From the NCBI RefSeq assembly GCF_009914755.1, contig NC_060932.1: a stretch of DNA of 64,000 bases; one strand, 5' to 3'. The number at the start of each line of letters is the position of its first letter. Position 1 is the stretch's first letter. Of this stretch, positions 53,351 to 64,000 are shown piece after piece. A model generated the notes under the pieces. That model saw only the letters and a program-made list of their open reading frames with translations, did not search any database and had not been told where the DNA came from. Made by a program: the position numbers and the translations under genes. The DNA is from the human T2T-CHM13v2.0 reference genome, Homo sapiens.

Positions 53351-53972
53351 CTGCGGAAACACCCAGTCAGGTGAGGATGGCGCCTCTCCTAGCCTCAGAA
53401 GTCAGCGTCCTCACGGGTCTGGGGCTCTGAGCAGCCCAGGGTTCCATAAAGGCACTCAAACCACGCAGGCACACGCCAAGCCTGGGGATCCAGGCCTTTC
53501 GCCCTGAGCCGTGCTGTTCAGGATCCCTGTGTGGGATTCGAACCCACTCCTGTCTCCTGTGGAAACCTAAGCCTTCCAGAGCATCAGATCCTTCTCCACA
53601 GTATGTCTCCTCCCCTTCCAGACCAGAAAGCAAAATGCCCTCATGGAAAGGTCCCAAGCACCAGTGCCTCAGCTCTCCATCCCCCAACATCTGCCCCAGG
53701 ACATTCCGATTCTTTTTCTCCAGGACACAGGAGACCCACACTCCATTCTACTCCAAATACCTGGCAGCGCTGGCCTGCAGGGTTAAGGAGCTGGATAGGA
53801 GGGGACCGTCCTCACCACCATCCCTCTGGTCTGCCCCTCACAAGGTCAGGCTATAAGCCTTCTCTGACCTTTCCAACACAGTGCACAGAGCCTGGGGGTC
53901 GCTGGTGTCCCCAAAAGCTGGAGCATATCCCCGCCACCCTCTAGTCTATCTGTGTTTGGGATGTCAGGGGCC

Positions 53973-53993
53973 AGAGCTGTCCTGGCTCCTGAA
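53973..53993 (-). promoter_or_regulatory. Degenerate RE1/NRSE-like (REST) site in an STMN4 intron
   Basis: TTCAGGAGCCAGGACAGCTCT against consensus TTCAGCACCnnGGACAGCnCC. Correct spacing, two left-half mismatches and one terminal mismatch. Confidence 0.4.
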
Positions 53994-54568
53994 AGTCCCT
54001 CTCCTCACCGCCTTGGGGCCCGTGTGTCTGGCTGCTCAGGTTGCAGCCCTTAGCTGACCCCTAGCACAGCGCAGGTGTTGCCCCCATCCTCATTTGCTTG
54101 TACAATTTTTTGTTGAGATGAGGGTCTCAATATGTTGCCCAGGCTGGACTCAAACTCCTGGGCTCAAGCGATCCTTGTGCCTCAGACTCCTGATACTGGG
54201 GACTATAGGCATATGCCACTATACCTGGCTTCCTTTTACAGATTTGAAAATACGTGTAACTGCAAAAATAATATATAGGCATCATAAAAACTTAAAAAAA
54301 AACACACATATACAGATGAGCAAAAGGAAGAAAATCTCAGCTGTGACACACCCCCCACCACTTGTTCAACTTGTCGCCTGTGGTGACAGGCAGTGGTGTG
54401 CCTCCCGCCACTGCCTGCATGCCCCCAAGCCTCCCATCACTACCTGCACCCCCCCACACACCCCGTGTGCTTCCTGCCAGCTGTGTTCTTCCCTGCTTCT
54501 GTGAGTCCATGTTGGGTGAGGGCAGGGGGAATAGCCTACGCCCCTTAACACATGGTTTTTGTACCTAC

Positions 54569-54581
54569 CAGCAAGGGTCAT
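54569..54581 (-). CDS. STMN4: STMN4 first coding segment (MTLA + 1 nt) in an exon spanning 54569-54659, with 78 nt of 5'UTR
   Basis: Minus strand reads ccttttctcag|GTTGG...CCCAGAAACATGACCCTTGCTG|gtaggt. A at -3 of the ATG and an in-frame TAG 9 codons upstream. [13 protein letters not shown] is the RB3 N-terminus. Confidence 0.93.
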
Positions 54582-55284
54582 GTTTCTGGGATCTGGTGGC
54601 TGAATCTAGCTGAAAGTTACAGAGTGGGTCTGTCACCAGCTTGGGACGCTGTCACCAACCTGAGAAAAGGGGAGGACAGGATTTTACCATCGATGGATTA
54701 GACAGGTTATTCTCATAAGAAAGGTCTTTATACACTGGGGAGGGAATCTCAGGGGTACCTCATTTGCTCTTCCTCCAGGCCCTCTCCCCACCAACTCTCC
54801 CTGGGGGTCCCCTACCCCGACCTCCCTCCCACAATGATGCTAAACAAGCTCAGATTCCATGAACTAATGATACTTCATAATTGGCTTTCCAGTCTCAAGC
54901 CCCCTAGCACATGCAAGCGTGGGTTTCCCAAAAACGTATGGATCAAGGGGTGCTCATCTGTCTCCCTCCATAGCTCAAGAACCTGGCCCAATTCAAGGGT
55001 TAGGGTGAGAAGCAAATCCTCCTGCAGAATCAGCTGGGAGGCATTCATAAAATAACTGTGTGTCCTGGACTTCTCCCCGCACATGCCCCAGAAGTCTTTG
55101 GGCCAATTCTGATATGGGAAGAGAGGGAATTGGACATAGGATGTTAACAGGCCTCTTCAGATGCCTCTCACCTTCCCTTTCCCAAGACGACTGACCTAAG
55201 CTGTGTTTGACCCTATTTAAGACAATCCGGGACACAGGAAAGAAAAACATTAAGGAATCATGTCGTCATCACAGGGCCAGCCAG

Positions 55285-55398
55285 CACACCACCAGAAATC
55301 AGCGTGAGGAATTGCTGTGGGACACAGAGATAGGGCTCCACACCACCAGAAATCAGCATGAGGAATTGCTGTGGGACACAGAAATAGGGCTCCACACC
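55285..55398 (+). repeat. 54-bp tandem duplication (~2.1 copies)
   Basis: cacaccaccagaaatcagc(g/a)tgaggaattgctgtgggacacaga(g/a)atagggctc twice, with 2 mismatches. Confidence 0.95.
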
Positions 55399-57344
55399 CC
55401 CAGCATTTGCCAGGGAGCCTGGGAGGTGTCCCTGGTGTCGGTAGCACCTGAGCAGTGCCTTGAAGGATGAGTTAGAATCAGACAGGAGCTGGCAGGAGGG
55501 CATTGTGCAAGGGAACATCACGGCCAAGGGTCGGGGTGAGAACGCCACTCAGTGTCCGTGGGATCAGGTCAAGCTAGTTGACGCTAGATCAGAAAGTGGA
55601 AAGAGGAGGGGGCGGGGCAGGAGACAAAACAGGAGAGTCAGGGAAGGAGCAGATCTGGGAGGATCAGAGGGGTGGAGGTGATGGGAGCCCATGAAGGCTA
55701 CTACAAAGAGAGTGAGGAGCAGCCAGCAGTGAGTGGCCATCCTCAGGACCATTTGATCCTCGGTCACCCTCTGTGGTCACTGTGCCAGGGGAGGGTGGCG
55801 AGAGCCAGCAGGCTCACTGCCTACATCCTTGCCAGCCAAAGAGACTCTGAGACCCACTTCAAACCCCTTGCCTTTCTGTGCTGGCTGGAGACTGGCAGGA
55901 GGAGGTAATGGGGCAGTGAACTCAGCTCTGGCTTTAGGGCTAGACCAGTGTGGGGTCAAATACAAGTATCACCTCTCTTACCAGCTCTCGCTAGTCTCTT
56001 TCTCCATCTTAATCCTGCACAGAGCTGTACAAATTAAATGAGAAAAACCCATGCATAGCATCCAGCAGACAGGAAGCACTGAATAAATGTTAGTCTCTTT
56101 GCCCTGTCTTTTGCATCAGGACAGCTATCAGGTGCCACATGCCTGCTTCAGAGCCATTACCTCTGGACCCACAAGTAAGGACTGTTGTTGCCATGTGCGG
56201 ATGGGGAAACTGAGGCTCAGAGGGTTTATGTGCCTGCTCAGGGCAATGCAGCTAGCAAGTTAGAGTGCCCATTTGAACCGAGGTCCAGCTGGACTTAAAC
56301 TGCTTTGTTCTCCTTGTTCTTGTTGTTGTGCTTTGGAGCCAGAGGCCCCTGTCATTGCAGCACAATGGGTCTTCTCTCTGCAGAACTAAGCTGGTCCTGA
56401 CGGCACCAGTGAGTCCCTGAACAGAGAGGCAGGCCTGGTGCCTGCATGCGACTTCCCTGGTCATGACACCCCATCCCGCAGTCTCTGCTCATGGCCAGGC
56501 TGACTGACAAGTCACTGGCAGAGTTAGTAAGCCCTTGCCAGAGTGGCAGTGGCCTTGGACTTCTACCTGGGGAAAGGATCAGAAGTGGAAGCCTGAATAG
56601 GTGGAGGGGAGGCAGAGAGGGATGCCTGAGAAAGAAGGCAGATGGAGTAGGAGCAGGCAGTTGGAGTTATGGAATGTGCCTCCAGCCCGAGCTAGAAATG
56701 ATGATAGGACCCTGTGCTCAGGGGGCACTCGACACCCACCACATTATCCTAGTCTAACTTTGCATGAAGCTGGCTTAGGCTGACAAGACAGGCATCATCA
56801 GCTTTGCTTTCAGATGAAGAACCTGGGGTTTGGAGAAGTTCAGACGCTTGCTTAAGGTCACACAGCTCTAAGGGTGCAGAGCTGGGTCTAGTCTCCAGGT
56901 CTCTCGACTTGTAAGCTCTTCCATTGTAACCAGTGGAAGAACTAGATACTCACTAATGCTTTCTCTATGGTCCTGAGGACTCACAGAAAGCCAGCCTGGC
57001 CTGGGGATATGAGTTAACTTTAAAATATGTGGTAAGTGCTTTCTACATGGAAGGAAATGGGCTAGGAGTTTTAGGAACACAGAGAAGGTCAGAAAGCCAG
57101 AAAAGGAAAACCAGGGCAAGAAACGAGATGTTGTAGAGGTGGGCAGAGGTATGCATGGTCATGATCAAGGGATTTGCAATGGAGACCTCTCAGTGTTAAA
57201 AATGTGTGCTTACTGAGCAGCTGCTATGTGACAAACTCACTTTAATTTTCGTAATAGCCTCGTAAGGCAGGAATTACTATCCCCATTTTATAGAGAATGA
57301 AATCGAGGCTCAGGGAAGCTAAGTGCCTTTTCAAGGCCATTCAG

Positions 57345-57728
57345 TACAGTAGGTTAAATAATGTCCCCTACATGCATACATGCTCATCCTAACTCCTACA
57401 ACCTGTGAATATGAGCTTATTTGGAAAGAAGGGCTTAATGAAGGATCTCAAGAAGAGACATTCCTGCTTGCCTGAGAAAGCCTTAAACCCAATGGCAAGT
57501 GTCCTTATAAGAGAGACTGAGAGAAAAGGCCATGTGCAGACGGAGGCAGAGATGGGAGTAAGGCAGCCACAAGCCAAGGAACCTTTGGGGCCGCCAGAAC
57601 CTGCAAGAGACAAGGACAGATCCTCCCCTGGAGTCTTCAGCAGAGTTCAGTCCACTGACATCTCAGCTTTGAACTTCCAGCCTCCCGGTTAGTGGTAAAG
57701 TGATGCAGTAGCCCCGGGGAAACTAATG
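57345..57728 (+). mobile_element. MLT1B/C-like MaLR LTR inserted in a MIR
   Basis: aacctgtgaatatgagcttatttggaaa...gcagccacaagccaaggaac...ggaaactaat, with MIR halves on both sides. Confidence 0.8.
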
Positions 57729-57830
57729 TCCTCAGGAAGTGACAAAGCCAGGGCTCAAACCCATGGTTTTTTTCACCTCAGGTACCAGCATTCATACATG
57801 GGCTGATTTATTCCTCAAAATGATCTATGT

Positions 57831-58141
<311 letters not shown>

Positions 58142-60169
58142 TTACTTGTGCCTGTGGGTCCATAGGGCCCTTATAAATCCTCATGCCAACAGTCACATCA
58201 TTTCTTTTGCACTCAAGACCCAAAAGATATGCCCAGGGGACATTCTGAGAAAGGACACAGAAGATAAAAAGGTGGGAAGCAGAGGGCACAGAGATGAAAG
58301 GAGTCTTTGCCACTGGGTGGCGCCAGCCATGGCAGGAAACCCAACTTTATCCCTAATAACCTGTGGCATCTGCGCCCAGTGGGGCCAGTCACATGTCCCT
58401 CCCCAGCACCTGGCCTGGTTGTGTGATGCTAGGTTGTCTTGTGGGGTTTGTTAAATGGCCATGGTCATGTTATCATGCCACAGCAATATACAGCCTGCAA
58501 GGGAGCGAGGGCCACCAAACCTCTCCTGGAACTGTCAAAGAAGGACAGTAAAGGTGTTATGCCCAAGGTCAGAGCACACAGAGTGCCAGGGATTCAGGTG
58601 GCATGATGAAGATGAAGAGACAATAGAGGCCATAGGAAGCATGAGGCAAGGAGTGCAAATCCTCAATGGGAGATTCTATCCAAGACGTCAGCCAGCAGAG
58701 CAATGGAAGGCAAAACCCAGTGCAGAAGCAAACCTCCATCCCCATCCCTCAGAGGTTCCTTATGTGTTTTCTGTTAGGTGAGAGCCAATCCTAGCCCTTC
58801 TATTGCCCCTAAGGAAGACCAGGAAATTCATTGCATCCAGCAGCAACAAAGATCAAAGGAGCCCCAGACAGAAGGTCAATGTGGCAGTCATTCAGCCAAT
58901 ATCCAGAACCAGAGCTAGAGCTCAGGATGGCAGGCCCTCCAGCTCCTGCCTGGTGGTCACTGTCAAGCACTTCTGATGGACACAAACTGGTTGGTCAAGA
59001 GCCAAGGCCTCCCTGGGCAGCTGAGCCCCTGTGCTGGCAGGGATTGATCCAGTGGAGCAGGTAGAGAGAGGACTCTATTTATTTATTTATTTATTTATTT
59101 AGTATATAATTCTGTGCCAAGCCCTCTGCTAGATCTTCAGATGGCAAAGATTCGAGTGTGGCCTCATCCCAGACTGTGATGAGGTTACTATGCAATTGAG
59201 GTTCTGCAGTGCCTATCACCTTGCAATGACTGTGAACCTGACTGTGTGCCAGGGATGTGGACTGGGTTTACTCAGGAACACAGGAGGCCCACTGGGCTGC
59301 ATGCAGGGTGCAGTGGGACAGAATGCTAGAATAGGAACTGGAAAATTGCAGAGACCTCTGGACCAGTGAAGGACTTTGTGCTTTATCTCCCACCCAGTAG
59401 GAAGCCACTGACATCTTTTGAATGAGGGGAGAAGAGAACAGTGATGCTGATAATAATAGCAATAATAACAACTACCATTCTTGGGCAGGAAAAGCACGGC
59501 TGTTATCTCATTTTTCTATTAGGTTCTTTGAGAATGAGGACATTGAATCTCAGCAGTTAAGTAAATTATACCGTCGTCACACAGGTAGGTAGGGGCAGAG
59601 CTGGGATTTGAGTCCTCATGTGTTTCATTGGAAAGCCTCTCTGTCTTTAGGTTCTGCTGCGAGTGTAAAAAGATTCATCTGGCAACATTCGTTTGGGGAA
59701 AAATTAGGAGGGATAGGCTGGAAGCCAAATAGCAGTCTGGGTACAAAGTGTGGGTTGGACCTGCTGGATTGAGTTCCACTCTGAAGTTTTCACATCTCAC
59801 CCAGCACTATTTTTCCATTTACAAACTGATCCATACATTTCCCCCAGCACCAGCATCTAAGAGTCTGTACAGAAAAGCAAGGAACCAGAGCTTTTTGTTG
59901 ATGGCTTGAACCATTAGCATAATTGTTAAGAAATAAATTAGTGGGTGATAACCCCCCCCAAGCACAGAGCCAGACGTAAGGAAACACAGAATGAGTAAGT
60001 TTTGATTGGAGGCAGACGTGGCTGAGAGTGAAGTTGTAGGCTGTTGACTGAGGAGGGATCTCACGGTGGGACAGTGGGGAGAAAAAGGTGGTTAAAGTGA
60101 AGAGATCAGAGCCCTCGATTTCACCCAGAACATTTGAATGTCAGAGATGGAGAGAACAGGCAATCACAA

Positions 60170-60375
60170 GCCCATGGTTCTCGACTCAGTGCAGTCTCAC
60201 TCCCGGGAACTACATGGGACTTTTCAATGGTCATGAAACTGAGGATGCTACAGGCATTTAGTGGGCAGAGGCTGGCGAGTCTAAATGTCTTGCATTGTAT
60301 ACATCAGTCCCACACGATAAACAACTGTCCCTTCCAAAATGCCAATAGCCTCCTACTTGGGGACCAAAGATTCTG
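60170..60375 (+). mobile_element. MER20-like hAT-Charlie element
   Basis: atggttctc...gctacaggcatttagtgggcagaggc...ccaaaatgccaatag. Confidence 0.6.
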
Positions 60376-61824
60376 AGGTCACGCAGAGAACTCCTGGCAG
60401 AGATTGGATGGATTCCAGTGTCAATGCCCTTCTCCTTTATACTTGCTCCTTCTCTGCCCCCAAACACCATCCTGGATGAGAGGGGACAGCCCACATGGTC
60501 ACCAGAGCAGCTCTGAATGAGAAGATGGATACACAGAAGGGAGACCCCAGCAGGGCACTTTCATGCAACCCACACTTCCAGGCTTTCCGTAATTCAGCTG
60601 ATGTCCAGGGGGCAAACAGAAAAGCACCAAGTTCTCAGATGACACGTGGCCACCTACTGGGTGTATGCCTGACCTCTTAGTGCCTCTGACTGCCCATACG
60701 ACAGAATGAACAAGCATTTTATTGGTCACTGTAAGAAATGCCCCAAGAATGCTTGCAGGATGTGTCAAATTCCATCTGGACTATTTTTGAGGGATGAGCA
60801 GATAATGCATGTCCCAGTGGCTTGAACAGAGTTGTACCTGGCAAGGGTTTCGGAAGACAAATCTAGAAACTCTGGCCAAGAATCAGGATGAATACCTCAT
60901 GGTTGTGGGGGCAATGAATTCTGCCTGAGGTCCTCTAACCACAAGCAGTACAGGAAGGTGGTTCTTTAAGTCTGTGCCCTATTGCCAATCTTCTTCAAAA
61001 TCCAGTTGAGGTCATATATTTACCCAAAATTAGCTGCATAAGCTATCTAAATGCCACATTTATTTGCTTTGGGATGAATCATGTCAGCTCAGAACAGTGG
61101 CCCTGGTTATTTCATGCTGATCAAAAGGCTCTGATTGGCAGCCATGTGTCTTCTTTGGGTTTAAAATCAAAAGGAGATAAATTATTTTTTCATAAATGTG
61201 GTTTTCATTCTTTCTACAATATTTACTGAGTATTTAATTATGTGCCAAGCCCTCTGCTAGATCCTAAAATAACCACAGGAGTTTTTGTTGGTGGAAAAGT
61301 AAAACAGGTCCCTGGATGGGTATCTAGAGCCATTGGAGCCTTTGGAGGCTCTGCAGATGCTCTGCGGGCCTCAGCATGGTCTTCCGCGATAATGTGGACC
61401 ATGCCATAAAGGGAGAAGGAGTGGGAATTAGAGTGCAGACCAAGAAGGAACCAGCGAGACCTACAGAGGGAAACTGGGCAAAACAGAACAGTGTGTGATT
61501 CACTGGGTCTGGGGAAACTGGCATTGTTTAATCACCTCTTAGGCTCTTGCTTCCAACAGCATCTAGAGGAAGAGATGATGGGGACCTGGACAAGGGCAAC
61601 TCCCAGAGGGTACCCAACAGGCTTAGGCTTCTAGGAAATAAGCACCTATGACAAAAGCAGAACTCTGAAGGCCTGAATCTGAGGAGTCCTTCTTAGCACT
61701 AACAGCTATGTTAAGAGGCAAGTCAGAGAAGGAAAATTAAACTGGAAAAGTGACAGCCCCAAATAATCCACAATGATGGGATTTTCTGGGCAATTTTTAT
61801 TTCCAATTTAATATATGCAGAAGC

Positions 61825-62120
<296 letters not shown>

Positions 62121-62656
62121 TATATATATATACACGTATATACGTATATATATATACATATAATATTATATATATACGTATATACGTGTATATATATTAT
62201 ATATATACATATGCAGAAGAATCAGCATCACAGAAGTCAAGTTCAGGGGCATGGACTTCCATTCTGGGCTGCTGGAGAGTGTGCAAGGCATGTGACCCAG
62301 GAGTTCTGTGAGGTCCTGGGTTAAAAGCACATGAAGCCATCAATATACAGGGCAAGCCCTTTTAATCTTACTCCCAATAACAACAATGTGATTGAATATT
62401 GCTTTATGATTACATCTATAGGCATATGTGCATCTTATAAATAATGCTTTAATTACAAACATATTCACATTATATTTTGGAAATTCTATGTAACAGAAAA
62501 AAAGAAAATAAATCCTTGTAGTCTTGCTACTTTATGCTATTGGCATTTTCTTCTAGGTTTTTTCCCCTCTGTCTACTATTTTTACATAAGCCAGAAACCA
62601 GGGCTTTTACAAAAGCAAGGGAATCTACATTTAAAAAAAATTTCTTTTTTGCCATC

Positions 62657-63318
62657 TTTTTTTTTCTTTTTTTTTTATTATTATACTTTAAGTTTTAGGG
62701 TACGTGTGCACATTGTGCAGGTTAGTTACATATGTATACATGTGCCATGCTGGTGTGCTGCACCCACTAACTCGTCATCTAGCATTAGGTATATCTCCCA
62801 ATGCTATCCCTCCCCCCTTCCCCCATTCCACAACAGTCCCCAGAGTGTGATATTCCCCTTCCTGTGTCCATGTGATCTCGTTGTTCAATTCCCACCTATG
62901 AGTGAGAATATGCAGTGTTTGGTTTTTTGTCCTTGTGATAGTTTACTGAGAATGATGATTTCCAATTTCATCCATGTCCCTACAAAGGACACGAACTCAT
63001 CATTTTTTATGGCTGCATAGTATTCCATGGTGTATATGTGCCACATTTTCTTAATCCAGTCTATCATTGTTGGACATTTGGGTTGGTTCCAAGTCTTTGC
63101 TATCGTGAATAATGCCGCAATAAACATACGTGTCCATGTGTCTTTATAGCAGCATGATTTATAGTCCTTTGGGTATATACCCAGTAATGGGATGACTGGG
63201 TCAAATGGTATTTCCAGTTATAGATCCCTGAGGAATCGCCACAAAGGGCTAATATCCAGAATCTACAATGAACTCAAACAAATTTACAAGAAAAAAACAA
63301 ACAACCCCATCAAAAAAA
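62657..63318 (-). mobile_element. Young L1PA2/3-like 5'-truncated element with 5' inversion
   Basis: The 3'UTR carries the GAG (non-Ta) diagnostic gctagatgacGAGttagtggg. ORF2 C-terminal remnant at 62885-63127. Segment 63243-63318 is L1 in the opposite orientation. Confidence 0.92.
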
Positions 63319-63325
63319 TTTTTTT

Positions 63326-63448
63326 AAGGTAGAGATGGGGTCTCACTGTGTTGCCCAGGTTAGCCTCAAGCTCCTGTGCTTAAGTGATCCTTTGGCCTCA
63401 GTCTCCCAAAGTGCTAGAATGACAGGCATGAGCCACCGTGCCTGGCCA
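63326..63448 (-). mobile_element. Alu monomer (FLAM-like)
   Basis: gtagagatggggtctcactgtgttgcccagg...gagccaccgtgcctggcc. Confidence 0.85.
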
Positions 63449-64000
63449 GGGCATACATATTTTATCATTTTATTCTGCACACCAAATCTTATACACACTT
63501 AATAGATCAACAATTTAGGTAAGTGACTTGATTTGCCCAAAGTCATACAAGTAGAAAGTGGTAAACATGGGATTTGAATTGAAATCTTCTTATATCAAAG
63601 CCCATGCAATTTCTGATAAAGCTCCATGTTATGTCCTCATATCCAAGACTACCCTAGATGTAAGTGCAATGGATGATTGCTGATGGCATGTGATTGAAGG
63701 GCAGGCAAATACCCCATATCAGCCTCCCTTCTATGGGTGCATTCCATGCTTAAAATTCTCACCATTATATCTATCCTTCAGCTCAGGCATTGCCTCAGAG
63801 AGTCCCTGTTAAAATGCACACAACTGACCTATCAAGTGTACTAAATTAACTCATTTTCATATCAGCAGAGGACAACCAATGAACCTTGTAGAAATTCCCA
63901 GAGGTCAAGCTCTCTGCCCATTCTGCAGTCCCAGAGTTAGTAGCAGCCATGGAGCTCTCTAGAGTTTCCATTCCTACCTCTTTTCAGAGGAGGAGACAAG

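Noticed and set aside
54610-54630. Possible internal acceptor (ctgtaactttcag) in the ATG exon
   Set aside because: Weaker pyrimidine tract than the acceptor at 54660. It would alter only the 5'UTR and cannot be supported from sequence alone.
62885-63127. 80-aa ORF MFIAALFTIAKTWNQPKCP...
   Set aside because: C-terminus of L1 ORF2p in a truncated element.

Overview
Eukaryotic, primate (very probably human) genomic DNA: Alu-, L1- and MaLR-rich. About 1-46 kb is AT-rich, repeat-dense intergenic sequence. About 46.2-64 kb holds the 3' part of the neuronal stathmin-family gene STMN4 (RB3) on the minus strand. All its coding exons could be read with GT-AG junctions: 54569-54659, 53255-53350, cassette 52535-52615, 51912-52120, 50829-51020, stop-containing cassette 50084-50137, and a last exon starting at 47763. 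Together they give 189/216-aa and 176/203-aa isoforms. The non-coding first exon and promoter appear to lie beyond the right edge. I found no convincing wholly new biological system. The best leads are: STMN4 isoform control (a stop-cassette that should escape NMD, a candidate intronic poly(A) isoform, tandem poly(A) sites beside a UG tract, a NAGNAG acceptor, a degenerate RE1); a ~420-bp local duplication that matches no repeat I recognise; a palindrome-seeded minisatellite; twin MADE1 hairpins; a tiny TSD-flanked LTR-derived insert inside Tigger1; and a twin-primed L1. Repeat boundaries and subfamily calls are by eye and approximate.
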